57,691 nt of DNA from Octopus bimaculoides. Its lineage: Eukaryota. Under the pieces are notes generated by a model. It was not told the DNA's origin, searched no databases, and saw only the letters and a list, made by a program, of their open reading frames with translations. The stretch covers positions 25,351,132 through 25,408,822 of the forward strand of contig NC_068992.1 in assembly GCF_001194135.2 (NCBI RefSeq). The letters run 5' to 3'. Within the stretch, counting starts at the first letter, position 1, and each line of letters begins with the position of its first letter. The translations under genes and the position numbers were made by a program. Shown here one piece after another: positions 38,650-51,879 of the stretch.

Positions 38650-39399
38650 CGCAAACTCAGGAGGCATCAGACATGAACATATGATTATTTAAGTTATTAA
38701 ACTGCGTGACGTCCATAGATTTACAAACGTTTGGCAACCTTCTTGATGTGGTATGGATTTCAGCATGCATTAATTTGTGAAGATACAACAGTATTTTATT
38801 ATACGGAGAAAATATATTAATATAAATATGTACACATGATTTCTTGCATACTAAACTTCATACATACTGAAATTGATGAAGAAAGTTGCGAATCAGCCGT
38901 AATCCTCTGGTCGCCTTGAATTTAAAGAAATATATACATTCATCTGTCAAACCTCCTGATTTAGTGAGTTATATTCTCGTCCCGAATGATTTTATTACAC
39001 CGATTTCTGGATTTTCAATTACAAGAGTACTTGACATTTTTCTACTGTGTAATTTGTTTGCAATTGCTTACTAAGTGGACTGGTAGCCAAGTCCCTTAAA
39101 GGCGCTTTTTGTGATTGCAGGGCCATCGTCTGAATCCATGTTTTACTTCTCATTTCATGTGGGGGGTGCGCGCGCGTAGGGGTGTGTGTGTGTACATGTA
39201 CAAATATGTCTGTGCGTGTGTGTATGCATTATGCAGAAGCGAAAGTTTGTATATAGGTATGTGTGTTTTTGTGTGTGTGTACGTCCGTCACATTCTCCGT
39301 CATCCTTTACTGTATATTTATCATTGTTCTTAACTTTGCTACTACCACAGTGCTCAATCTCTATAGAGTAACTTATCCTCTTCCTATTCTTCATTGAAA

Positions 39400-39922
39400 G
39401 CTTTACCACCTCTACAATAACAACAAATGCCTATCCAGACCAGAAACATCTTTTAGCTGTTGTCTGCTTTTATCATTGTCCACCTCCTCTAATAAGTTTA
39501 ACCCTTTTTTTTTTCTTTACAAGTCTTTCATATTACTGCATCTGTTTCCATCCCTCATCTTCGTCTCTCTTTATCTCTCCCCCTTTCACTACGATTTCTC
39601 TCTATCGCTTCGAATCTCACCCTCGACCTCACTCTATTTCAGTTTCCTTTATCTGTTTTGATCTTCCATCTTTCTCTTCCCACTCTGACGATATTCACAC
39701 CTCTCAGTTTCGCTCCATTGCCTCTTGCATTGTTGAGCTTCTTTATCGTTCTCTATATCTCCATGTTTCCTCACTCAGGCCACTGTTATATAATTAATGC
39801 CTTCCCCGACCCCCGTCCATTATATCTCTTTCTCTCTCAGCCATTAAATTTCCTTTCTCCCTTTACAATCACATCTTCGTTACCTCTATCTTTCTTTCTG
39901 ATCATTTATTCGTCTGTCTCAC

Positions 39923-40021
<99 letters not shown>

Positions 40022-40450
40022 TACTCGCTGTCAACCTCCCTTTCAACTCCATTTCAACTCCCTTTCAACTCCATTTATCTCTCGCGATCTCTCTATCATT
40101 ATCTGTTCCTTTTTCTCTATACTCCTCTTCCTTTACCAAATTTCTAACATAGAACATTTTTACTTCCCACCTACAACGCTCATCTTCATTTCTTTTTTCT
40201 CCTTTTATCCCACACACTTACGCACCTTTCTCCTCTTCCTATCTTTTCTTTTTCTCTACCTCTTTGCCACTCTAATATTACCAACTCTCCTTTACCTTCT
40301 TGCTGTTTTCTTCTCTCTCTTTCACTAATATTTTTGTTTTCATTTGCCTGCATTTTCCTTCTGTAATGTTCTCCTTTTATGTATCTTTTTCTCGATTCTT
40401 CCCTCATTTTATCATCCAACTCACACCAGACATTTGTTACAACTCCCTAA
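39400..40450. repeat. ~1-kb pyrimidine-rich low-complexity tract with (CT)n core at ~39930-40018
   Basis: Strong C/T strand skew seen directly. Confidence 0.75.
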
Positions 40451-41203
40451 TAATCATTCACCTGTTGTAAGTTATAAGCTACCATTTCATCAATGTTTTA
40501 ACATGTCCACCTTTTATTTTACTCTCTCCTATGCGGTTTTAGGGCCGAATGTGTCTTCCTTTGCCATCAAGTGTGGCTTATCGAGATAAATCTTAATTTA
40601 TGTAAAAATATGCATATCAAGCAGTCGAAATAATATATAGCCATATATCTACCGAACACTTACAAAACAGATAAAGCTAAATTTAAAGCAACACGCTAAG
40701 TGTGACGCAGACGACATATTACTAGACTTATAAATAATTCACACCTATAAGTCTAAAGCACATGTAAATGTAAAAATAAGAAAAGTGACAAGAGAAAATC
40801 CCGCTGGCAATATTTATAATCACTGCCAGATGTAGTATTCTGACAAACTTTTAACAAGAGTAGTACTGACTTGCAGTATTGAAACAAAGAAAATTTTTAA
40901 AGCGGATTTCTATTCTGAGCCAAGTGTAGTGCACACAATATGATTGCTTCGACCGTCTTGGGCCAACAAATGAACCTGTTTATTTCGTGTGGGTTCTTAA
41001 TGTGTTATGAAACATTGACAAATTAGAAGATGAAGAGATTAACTTATTCATATACTTAGAAACAATAATTACTGACAAATATCTCTCAGTAATTTGAAAA
41101 CCACAGCGTTGCAAGTGCATGTGAGCTTGCCTACTGATTGCTTTAAATATTTCGTGGCTAGCTTTTTTATTATCGATTGATCATTTATTAGTGTCTTTAT
41201 AGT

Positions 41204-41562
41204 AGAGGCGCAATGGCCCAGTTGTAGGATCGCAGTTTCGATTCCCAGACCGGGCATTGTGAGTGCTTATTGAGCGAAATCACCTAAAGCTCCATGAGGC
41301 TCCGGCAGGGGATGGTGGCGAACCCTGCTGTACTCTTTCACCACAACTTTCTCTCATTCTTTATTCCTGCTTCTGTTGTACCTGTATTTCAAAGGGCCAG
41401 CCTTGTCACACTCTGTGTCACGCTGAATCTCCCCGAGAACTACGTTAAGGGTACACGTGTCAGTGGAGTGCTCAGCCGCTTGCACGTTAATTTCACGAGT
41501 AGGCTGTTCCGTTGGTCGGATCAACTGGAACCCTAATCGTCGTAACCGACGGAGTGCCAGCC
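41204..41562 (+). mobile_element. Family-B' SINE with 14-bp TSD and a deletion in the tRNA head
   Basis: TSD AGTGTCTTTATAGT at 41190-41203 and 41563-41576. The head lacks ~20 nt present in the 29940 copy. Confidence 0.92.
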
Positions 41563-41849
41563 AGTGTCTTTATAGTGAATTTCTTCAGTTAAACGCCGCA
41601 CCTCCTCATATCATATTTTAAAATATTGAAAAGAACTTCGAAATAAGCAAAGTGGGGCTTTAATGATGAATGAAAATTTGAATATTTTGTAGGTGTTCTG
41701 GTGGCCAGAAAAGGATTTCCGTGCTCGGTGATGCAATATTTACAACAATAAGTAATGAAATGTGCACCAATGATATTTTGCTTCTAAGGTCAATAGACAT
41801 GCCTAATTAGACGGTGAGTCTCAAATGGTTGCGCCACATGGATAAAAAT

Positions 41850-42400
41850 ATCGAAAGCGAACGCAAGGGAAAATGTTCCATTCATTTTTACATCAAGGAA
41901 ATGCCGCAAATGAGACAAGTTATAAAGTGGCATATTTTCTTGTAAAAGGTAAACTGACTAGTGGTGAAGATCATAGAATGCCAAGATCAAATAACAAATA
42001 TAAAGACGTACCCATTTTCATATAAAACACATTCAAATTGACAGCGTACATCACACAATGTAAAAGTGAACCTTCGGAAAACAATTCAAAGAAATTAAAA
42101 TGTCATTTCTCATGCAGGCATCAACAGATTTCCGGGTTCAGCATCAATAATCTATTTTGTCCTTGATGTAACTGAAATTTTTCATGAATTCCCACAAGTA
42201 ATTGCTTCAAGTAACCTCGTAAGAATGACCCTGAGACTTGTCATTTTCAATAACTTGAACTTTGCATCGTCTGTATCACATGATGCGAAGCATATATTCC
42301 AGTGGTGTCCATGCATCGCATGTGATGAACACTCACAATATTTCAGTCACCATTGTAACTTGAGTCTATAAAAAGAGTTTTATGTTTATTCAGAACGTAT
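41850..42400 (-). mobile_element. Possible decayed hAT transposase fragment
   Basis: Minus-strand FITCDAWT, then LHCVMYAVNLNV, then a WN motif, at spacing compatible with hAT TDxW, CxxH and RW motifs. Many stops. Confidence 0.3.
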
Positions 42401-43547
42401 GAATAAGCGTCAGCTAAAAATCTGAAAACAAGCATGGACGCTGAGAACAAACTTAGGAGAGTACTTTGAACAGGCAATGATTTAACGATAAATTCATGAA
42501 GTAGGACAGAATTTGAAAAACTCTATGTCTGAATAGATGGATCTTTACATAAGGCTGCAATCACAATATTTAAGGGACTCAAAGAGGTCATGTTGCCCCA
42601 GCAGTATAATCTTTTTGCAAAATATGACTTTAACAACAGATTCTAACGGGTTTAGTTCTATTAAAAAATGAACAAGCAAAAATGGAGTAAAAAATGAACA
42701 AGCAAAAATAGAGACAAAGAACACAAGTTTTAATAATTGAATGTCAGTCTTAGTTAATGTTTGATTGTGCACTTGAAGAGTATAAATATACAACAATAAT
42801 TTATTCTTCAGCGACTAATTCTCTAGGAAAAACGAGGTCCAAGTACAGTTATAGATAGTTTTAAACAATCGAGAGTAAAACTAACACCAGCTCACGGGGT
42901 GTACGCTTTGGACTTGTATTGCTGATGAATGGTACCCATTGGGATCTAACATTGTCAGAAACCTTTCTATTTCAAACAGCAACGAGTGATAGGATTTGAT
43001 TTCCTGTGGTGTTAAGATGCCGTGAAATAACTAATTTACTTCAACTTTAGCTCAAGTGTTAAGATGACAAAGTTGAAGATTTCATGCATCAAACTCGTTC
43101 TATTCAACAGCTTAAACGGTTGTATCATCAGGGAAAACTGTTTGCTGTGAAACTTAATTTTATCCGGATTATATTAATTAGCGACACACAAATTAAGAGA
43201 TGTTAAGGTTTAGATATCTATACACTCATATACATACACTTCTGTATATATAGATATAGATATATATGTGAATACGCGTGACTTAATGGTTAGGGTGTTG
43301 TATTCAAGCCGGGCGTTGCGTTGTGTTCTTGAGCAAAGTGCTACATTTCACGTCATCTGACATGTGGCACAGGATGTGCCTGTACAGGTAATGTTGATTT
43401 GAGGGAGGGAGTTAGCTTATGTGAACACGAACATTTGATCATTACAAACAAATTAACTGTGTGGTTGTTCGGCAAGAAACTACCGAACTGTTATACACAT
43501 TCTAGCGACGTGAGAAACCATGATATATATATATATATATATATATA

Positions 43548-44831
43548 TCAGGTCATCCCATAAGTTCTGTCCGAATTTTGAATAATGAAAACAAGTGATC
43601 AAATGCTATATTTAATTGAAATTTAATCATCAATGTACCGTCCCTGATTATTTATGACTTCCTTCTATCTATTTACAAGCTTTTCAATCCCATCGATGTA
43701 AAATTCTTTTGGTTTCAAAGTGAAGAACTCTGAAATGTCAGTTTCGACCTCCTCCTGGCTTGCGAAAGTTATGTGCCCCAACTACGAAACAAATGGTAGT
43801 CTGAGGAAGCAAGGTCGAGAGAATAAGGTGGATGAGACATTTTTCCCAACCAAGCTTTTCAATCTTCTACGATGTGATCTTTGCAGTGTGGGGTCGCGCA
43901 TCGTCTTCATGAAACATCACACCTTTTTGATTCACTAAAGCGGGTCTTTTTTTTCTCCAAAGCTTCATTCAAACGCTCTAATTGCTGACAGTAGACTTTA
44001 GCATTGATTGTTGCATGAGGTGATAACAATTCAAAGTGAATTACCCCTTTGCAATCCCACCAGATAGACCTATTTTCCATGAAGAACCTTTTTTCCATGA
44101 AGTTCCCTTCTCGGTTGTGGTTGAGCTTTGTCCCTTTTATCAAGCCACTGTTTATGACGATTAACATTTCGATAGAAGATACATTTTTCGTCACCAGTCA
44201 CAAGTCTATCCAAAAAGGGTGAAATGAGTTCGTGAGAATAGAGAGAAGAGCAGATGCCAACACGGGATTTGCGGTTGATTTCGGACAATTCATGAGGCAC
44301 CCATTTTCCAAGTTTAGGAACCTTTCCAACTTGTTGAAGATGACGATGAACAGTTGTATGGTTTGAACTAAGCTTTATTGCCAATTCTTCAACTGATAAT
44401 GCAGGATCTTCTTCAAGTTATATCTCAAGGAGCTTATCATCAAACCAAACAGGACGTCCTGTTCGATCTTCATCTTCAAGAGTGAAATCGCCACTTCTGA
44501 AACTTGCAAACCATCTTCTGCAAGTTCTTTCATTCAAGCATTCTTTCCCATAAGCTGAGTGTATGTTTCCAGTCACTTCAGCTTCAGTTTCCTTTTTTGT
44601 ACTTATAAAGCATTAAGTGCCTCAAATGCTCTTGGGATAATTCCATGTTAGAAAGGGTTTTAATCAAAGAAATTTTAATTCTATTATTCTGTAAAATAAT
44701 ATTTAATTAGTTTAAATGTACACAAATGCATGGACATAATTTTAAATTCCATTAGACATTCTAAAATAGTATTAAATTTCATTCAATTTAAAAAAAAGGT
44801 AAAATCGGACAAGGCATATTGGATGACCTGA
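43548..44831 (-). mobile_element. Full-length (1284 bp) mariner-family DD34D transposon
   Basis: ~31-bp imperfect TIRs TCAGGTCATCCCATAAGTTCTGTCCGA / TCAGGTCATCCAATATGCCTTGTCCGA; TA on both sides (43546-47, 44832-33). Confidence 0.95.
43623..44646 (-). pseudogene. Mariner transposase pseudogene
   Basis: MELSQEHLRHLMLY, WVPHEL, LVTGDEK, WWDCKGVIHFELL, FHEDDARPH, HPPYSLDLASSDY, ends ..GRYIDD*. Stops, frameshifts and an internal duplication (LHGKKVLHGK). Confidence 0.93.
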
Positions 44832-45162
44832 TACGTATGTACACACACACACACACACACGCATATAAATATGTATGTATGAATATATGTATGTAAGTAT
44901 GTATGTATGTATGTATGTATGTATGTATGCATATGAGTGCAAGTGTGTATACGTACATATCCATATACTATTGTACATAAGCGAATGAGTATGTGTGTGC
45001 AGATATATTTGTAAAAGGTATATTTGCATGTGTTAGCTTGTGAGTGTGAAATTAAATATTTGTATTTGTTATTTGTGTGTCTGTCTGTGTCTCTCTCCAT
45101 CACTTTCTCGCTCTCTATGTGTGCGTGTGTGTGTGTGCGTGCGCGCGTGTTGGGTGTGTATA

Positions 45163-45222
<60 letters not shown>

Positions 45223-45505
45223 ATGTATGCACGTAGATATGTTTGTATGTGTGAACGTACTTATATATGTGCCTTTAGAGGTGAGTTTAATCTAACTTAC
45301 CAAAAACTAATATGAACCATAAATATGTCAAATTGAATAGCAAAACCTCTCGGACNNNNNNNNNNATATGTCAAATTGAATAGCAAAACCTCTCGGACAT
45401 GAATTGTATTCTTGCAATGAAATTTGCCATGTAAAAAGTTTAGACATTCCCTTAATCAGCAAAAAGCAAATTACGGGAGATTATACATTTATCAATGCAA
45501 AATAT

Positions 45506-45560
<55 letters not shown>

Positions 45561-46804
45561 GTTATTCTGTGTTTCAATGAATGTAGATTTTATATTATTC
45601 CGAAAGTATAAAGATAAGCTTCAAAATTAAATTCTTTTATTTACAAAATGCGTTTATCACAGGTGTTTCTTATGTTATGGAAAGTGGTTTAAAATATGTT
45701 TCCTCCTGAGATATAATTCGCCATCTCGTCAGATTTTATTTCTCAAAATGTAAATAATAAAACTTTTATATTATTCTATAGAATTTCAACACCGTTTGTT
45801 TCCGAAATATTTTAAGAAAAAGGAAAAGAAAAGTGAAAAAAATAAATAAACTCAGCATGCATAGGACTGACTGAGAAATGCTATATTGGATTCCTTGTAT
45901 GAAATATGGGTACGTGTGTATTCACAAACATACTTACATATCTACATAGATACCTCTCTCCCTTTCTCCGTCACGCACGCGTATAATTTAATAAACATAG
46001 GATTTAAATATTATATTATAACGCAACACTATGCAATATATGTACGTGTGTGTGTATATATACATATTTATATACATATACATACACATATATTCGTACA
46101 TACGTACATACATATATATATGTATATGTATTTTTGTAAATTCTCACTACATATGTGTATATACATATATTCATATATATATATATATATATATANNNNN
46201 NNNNNNNNNNNNNNNNNNNNNNNNNNNNNNNNNNNNNNNNNNNNNNNNNNNNNNNNNNNNNNNNNNNNNNNNNNNNNNNNNNNNNNNNNNNNNNNNNNNN
46301 NNNNNNNNNNNNNNNNNNNNNNNNNNNNNNNNNNNNNNNNNNNNNNNNNNNNNNNNNNNNNNNNNNNNNNNNNNNNNNNNNNNNNNNNNNNNNNNNNNNN
46401 NNNNNNNNNNNNNNNNNNNNNNNNNNNNNNNNNNNNNNNNNNNNNNNNNNNNNNNNNNNNNNNNNNNNNNNNNNNNNNNNNNNNNNNNNNNNNNNNNNNN
46501 NNNNNNNNNNNNNNNNNNNNNNNNNNNNNNNNNNNNNNNNNNNNNNNNNNNNNNNNNNNNNNNNNNNNNNNNNNNNNNNNNNNNNNNNNNNNNNNNNNNN
46601 NNNNNNNNNNNNNNNNNNNNNNNNNNNNNNNNNNNNNNNNNNNNNNNNNNNNNNNNNNNNNNNNNNNNNNNNNNNNNNNNNNNNNNNNNNNNNNNNNNNN
46701 NNNNNNNNNNNNNNNNNNNNNNNNNNNNNNNNNNNNNNNNNNNNNNNNNNNNNNNNNNNNNNNNNNNNNNNNNNNNNNNNNNNNNNNNNNNNNNNNNNNN
46801 NNNN

Positions 46805-46915
46805 AGAAGAAGAAGAAGAAGAAGAAGAAGAAGAAGAAGAAGAAGAAGAAGAAGAAGAAGAAGAAGAAGAAGAAGAAGAAGAAGAAGAAGAAGAAGAAGA
46901 AGAAGAAGAAGAAGA
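46805..46915. repeat. (AGA)n microsatellite
   Basis: Seen directly. Confidence 0.95.
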
Positions 46916-47029
46916 AACAACAAAAGTAACGACTACACCAACAACAGCAGCAACAAAAGCCTCAAGCAATACAAAGCAGCGTTAAGTCCAGCGACAAACA
47001 GCACAATGTAAACAACAGCCGTGTTTCTA

Positions 47030-48260
47030 ATAAAACATGGCGGAGGGAAAGTTGTGAAAATAATTCTCGGGGTTTGCCAGTATGAATTTACTTTGCCACT
47101 TATCCGAAGTAGAAGAAAACAGAACAACAAGAATTAGAAGAAGCTTTAAAATATGTTCTCGATGCATAAGGTGTACAAACCTAAAAGTAATATCATTAAG
47201 GTCTACCAAACAAAACAGTGAACAGAGGATTGCAGTGAATGTAGAAGGCGCAATCATTATTGCGCTTGAAGAAGTTTGTTGGGCGTAATGAAGAAATAAT
47301 AGTATTTGAGGCTAGAAAAGTTTAAAAGCTTAGTGAAACAGTTAAAGAATTCGAGAAGAGAAGGGAGAAGAAAAGGACAAATTGCAGAAAAGAGGAGGAA
47401 TTATATGGACAATTCGTGTAATAAACTGAGTATGTGGGAAGTAAAGAACCGGGACTATTGTTGATGGGGTGAGACCTGAGGCAAGAAACTCAGTCACTAA
47501 TTATAGCTGCTTAAGAACAAATCTTAAGAACGAATTTGAAACAGGCAAAATTTGATAATACTCAGTCAGAAAGCAACCGCAGAATTTGTTAGAAATGACA
47601 CGAGAGACTTAATCATCTCTTAAGTGAATGCAGTAAGTTAGGACAAAAGCTTAATATGCGAAGGCATAACAGTGTCCATAAAAAAATGCATTAGTAGATA
47701 GTATAAAGAATATGTAGAGAATAAAATGCTTTAAATGATACAACAATGCACTATAATAAAAACACTGGACTATAAGAACTGTTGTAAATTCATCATCCAT
47801 AGTCTGATATAATATTTCGGAATAAAAATTCCTTCTTCAGATATCCCTAGAAATTAATGGAGTCGCTGCAATAATCGGTTTTCCAACGGCTTTTCTCTCT
47901 CTCTTTTTCTTTTTTCTCTTTTTTTTTTGTTATAAATACATGAGCATGTTATCAAAATCGAACTTACACGCACCCACATGTAGCCAAATAATATATCGAT
48001 TACCAGCCTCCTGCCTGTTGTTTATACGGGGCCCTAGTCTGTGTATGAGTATAGCTTCCTTAATTCTTAAATATGTAGAAGTTGCAAGGTTAACCAATAA
48101 CTACAGGATTGTATGAGATTTTTACAAATCACATTATTGAAGCAAGGAGACCAGATATGACAGTGGATAGAGAATACAAAACTATTACATACTCTCAATA
48201 CCATGTGATGATAGAATGGATACCAAAGAACTTGAAAGATACCAGAACTTAACCAAAAAC
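47030..48260 (+). mobile_element. Degenerate R4/Dong-like (RLE-class) non-LTR retrotransposon C-terminal region, interrupted at ~47770-48090
   Basis: MHKVYKPKS, SLIIAA*EQILRTN, LNHLLSECSKLGQK..MRRHN (CCHC knuckle remnant), IEARRPD and IPCDDRMDTKELERYQNL (PD..D/E.K nuclease). Confidence 0.75.
47806..47845 (-). ncRNA. Minimal type-I hammerhead ribozyme, structurally intact
   Basis: GAUAU-CUGAAGA-A-GGAAU-UUUU-AUUCC-GAAA-UAUU-AUAUC. Perfect 5-bp helix I, perfect 5-bp helix II with G10.1:C11.1, palindromic AAUAUU helix III, AUU triplet; predicted cut between 47811 and 47810. Confidence 0.75.
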
Positions 48261-48604
48261 ATGAAATGATTCTGAAAGACAAAGCTGATAATTATTTCTG
48301 TAGCAGTTTGTGTACTTGCATATCAGTCAGAACAAATCTGAACAATACTGGGACGGAGACAGAGATGCCGATATCATCTTCCTGTTTATATAAACTCTAC
48401 GGATACTGTGGCGTTATTGTTGCAAATACAATAACAGTAACATTTCCACTGTATGATGCCCTCAGCTAGCCAATAACTTTAGTCGAGCTTTGCATGACAT
48501 TCTACAAGTTGTTCAACTGAATCTTATTTTACTATATTCAACTATATTCAAGGCGCAGCCACAGCATGGCCACGACATAATGACTGCGGTGAGGTCGCAG
48601 AAAC

Positions 48605-48780
48605 ATTATCACGCCGGGCGAAATGCATAGCGGTATTTCGAGTGTCTTTACGTTCTGAGTTCAAATTCCGCCGAGCTCGACTTTGCCTTTCATCTTTTCG
48701 GGATCGATAAAATAAGTACCAAATGCATACTCGAGTCGATCTTATCGATTGACTCTTTCCCTAGACTAGAAAAGATTATA
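48605..48780 (+). mobile_element. Family-A SINE
   Basis: CACGCCGGGCGAAATGCATAGCGGTATTTCG...GAGTTCAAATTCCGCCGAGCTCGACTTTGCC. Confidence 0.85.
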
Positions 48781-48847
48781 ATAACTGAAATAAGTAAAAG
48801 ATTTATACATATCTATGTCTGTGTGCGTGTGTATGTGTGTATACGTT

Positions 48848-48931
<84 letters not shown>

Positions 48932-49225
48932 CGCGTATGTGTGTGTATGGTATGTGTTTGTATACGTGTGTATGCATTAAAACAACGACGGCTGGGTTAT
49001 GGTGGAATGCTTCTGATCCTATCACCCAAATTCAGTTCTGTTATATCTGGAACTAAGAAAACAAAATAAACAACAAAATAAATAAGTTCAGTAACAACAA
49101 AAAGTCTATCGTCATAAACACGAATAAGACAAATAACAAAAACTATACATTACGCTCAGTATTTCTTTAATGGTAACTCACTCAGCATGACCGCAGCCAC
49201 TTGGCTGAAACACATAAATAAATAA

Positions 49226-49274
<49 letters not shown>

Positions 49275-49856
49275 NNNNNNNNNNNNNNNNNNNNNNNNNN
49301 NNNNNNNNNNNNNNNNNNNNNNNNNNNNNNNNNNNNNNNNNNNNNNNNNNNNNNNNNNNNNNNNNNNNNNNNNNNNNNNNNNNNNNNNNNNNNNNNNNNN
49401 NNNNNNNNNNNNNNNNNNNNNNNNNNNNNNNNNNNNNNNNNNNNNNNNNNNNNNNNNNNNNNNNNNNNNNNNNNNNNNNNNNNNNNNNNNNNNNNNNNNN
49501 NNNNNNNNNNNNNNNNNNNNNNNNNNNNNNNNNNNNNNNNNNNNNNNNNNNNNNNNNNNNNNNNNNNNNNNNNNNNNNNNNNNNNNNNNNNNNNNNNNNN
49601 NNNNNNNNNNNNNNNNNNNNNNNNNNNNNNNNNNNNNNNNNNNNNNNNNNNNNNNNNNNNNNNNNNNNNNNNNNNNNNNNNNNNNNNNNNNNNNNNNNNN
49701 NNNNNNNNNNNNNNNNNNNNNNNNNNNNNNNNNNNNNNNNNNNNNNNNNNNNNNNNNNNNNNNNNNNNNNNNNNNNNNNNNNNNNNNNNNNNNNNNNNNN
49801 NNNNNNNNNNNNNNNNNNNNNNNNNNNNNNNNNNNNNNNNNNNNNNNNNNNNNNNN

Positions 49857-49890
<34 letters not shown>

Positions 49891-51879
49891 TTTACATATG
49901 TAGTTATTGTGCGTAAGTATTTGTTTATTTTCGTATATTTAATTTCTTAACATAATCCAATATGTGTGTGTATGTGTGTGTTCTTTCGTGGCAGCTTGTT
50001 TGAATTATATTTATATAACATTTAACTTCTGTCAGGAGACTCACATTAAGGATTTCTTTTATTTTCATGCTGACTGAAAGTGTCAAGCATTCCAAGTACA
50101 TTTCATTGCAGTTATGACATCGTGGCGATCCGGTTTCGATTCCATCCTGAAATTATATGTGTTTTACTTTAATGCCTATGTGAATATAGTTGTTTCATAT
50201 ATAAACAGAAAAAAAGGATAATTTTGTGAGGGAGAGGATTAAAACAATGGTATCGAACCCAAATCGTTAATCATACTCTGTTTTATCGATCATGGGATGG
50301 CGAAACGTAAATTTGGCCTCGACGCAATTTGAACTCAATGCAAAATGATTTAGAATAACACAAGATATCCTCTTTGGCGCAGAAAGCTATTGACAAATCT
50401 CCTTCTCATTTATTCGTATATAAATGATTATTATTTTAGGCTGTAGTTCCAACGTAAAGTCATTCAATGGTCAAAATTATCATATCGTTGATATTTCGAT
50501 ATTCTTCAGTTACAAACACGGAAATACATGGTGTGCACGCTCGTATATAAGTGCACATCTTGAATGCATAATTTAATCTCGCAAACTGGATGGCAAGTCA
50601 CATGCTGACTCGTTTGCTATGTTGAGTTTTAAAGAAATGGAATTCATTGTCATTAGAGGTTTCAATTATTTCTGGTCTCATGTACAAGGTAGGATTACAT
50701 TTTTTAAGATGAAGCATATTCAAAATGCCACTTCGAAGCAGTCAGCTTATAAAAGCGCAGGCATGGCTTTATGGGTAAGGTTTGTTTTCGTGGTCGTTTC
50801 ACTTTTTGATACAATCTGCACATAGGAACTGTTTATAGCAATGAATGTTTCTACAAATGTTTCAGTTAATTAGGAATAAAATCATAATTAACTGATCCAA
50901 CTGCATTTTCTATTACTCAAAACCAAGGACTTTTCAGTACCCACCTTGTTTATGGAGTCAGCGACCAGTTACAATACGTTGTTTGCAGCTTGCATTATTT
51001 TGAAAGAAAACCTATGCCACTTATTTTCAGTGAAAAGCAAGAAACGTGCAGTTGAAAGAATCGACTGCTGTAGAAATGTTGCTGATCAAATCAAAACCAC
51101 TTCTGTGAAGAAACGCTGAATCTATCCAAAGGTCTATTTATCTGAGATATATTCTGTATCTTAACTGAGAGGGAAGCAGAACATTTTTCATAAGACATAG
51201 CGAGTATTTGAGGAAACATCAAAAGCTGAAGTAAAGTCAGTTATATCATAGATTTTATTATATGGAAAAGTGGAATTGTAGTTAGGAATACAATATCAAG
51301 TGAAATGATTCAATAGGGAATTAAATCGTCTTTGCATTCTTGGCTCATCTGATGCTTGTAACAATACACAATCGTCTTGATAATTCTACATGGGAGCCAT
51401 AACGCAGATGATAATTACATTCATATGGAAATTTAAACCTGGGGAATTATACGTTTAACTGTGAAAATATTTTTGAAGTGATTCCAAATTTCAACCTTCG
51501 TTTAGCCGTGACACTTCAATTGGGAAGATGATAAACGTAATGTATTATTGTTAAATAACGTATCGCTTTGCTTTTAATGAGAACAATTGTAGTAATATAA
51601 AGAGATTGTTCAGTTATTTGGTCAGAGCCAACGTTTTCAGGATACGCTGTTTGTATTTGCTATTGTTAGTGGGCCTGGAAAAATACAAATAAAACATTAT
51701 ATGAGTAATAAGATTAAAGTTAAAGGATTCGAGCTATCCCAGAGAGGACTTCACGAAACCACTCAGAGCCGAGTGATAGAATCAATTGTTATAGCGGGAG
51801 AAAAGGTAATGAATGAGAGTTCGAGAGAGGGAAAGAAAGAGAGAAAAGTCAGATGTTGAACTGTGTTTTAAAGTTATAG

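Noticed and set aside
41693-41820. Acceptor TTTTGTAG and donor GTGAGT bracketing ~120 bp on +
   Set aside because: All three frames contain stops; more likely chance sites in decayed transposon DNA.
42662-42709. 22-bp direct repeat with 26-bp period, superficially CRISPR-like
   Set aside because: Only two units, a 4-nt spacer, eukaryotic context and no cas genes: a simple local duplication.
45690-45750. Minus-strand CTGACGA-GAT...ATC...GAAAC
   Set aside because: Seven extra nucleotides separate helix II from GAAA and helix III does not pair.
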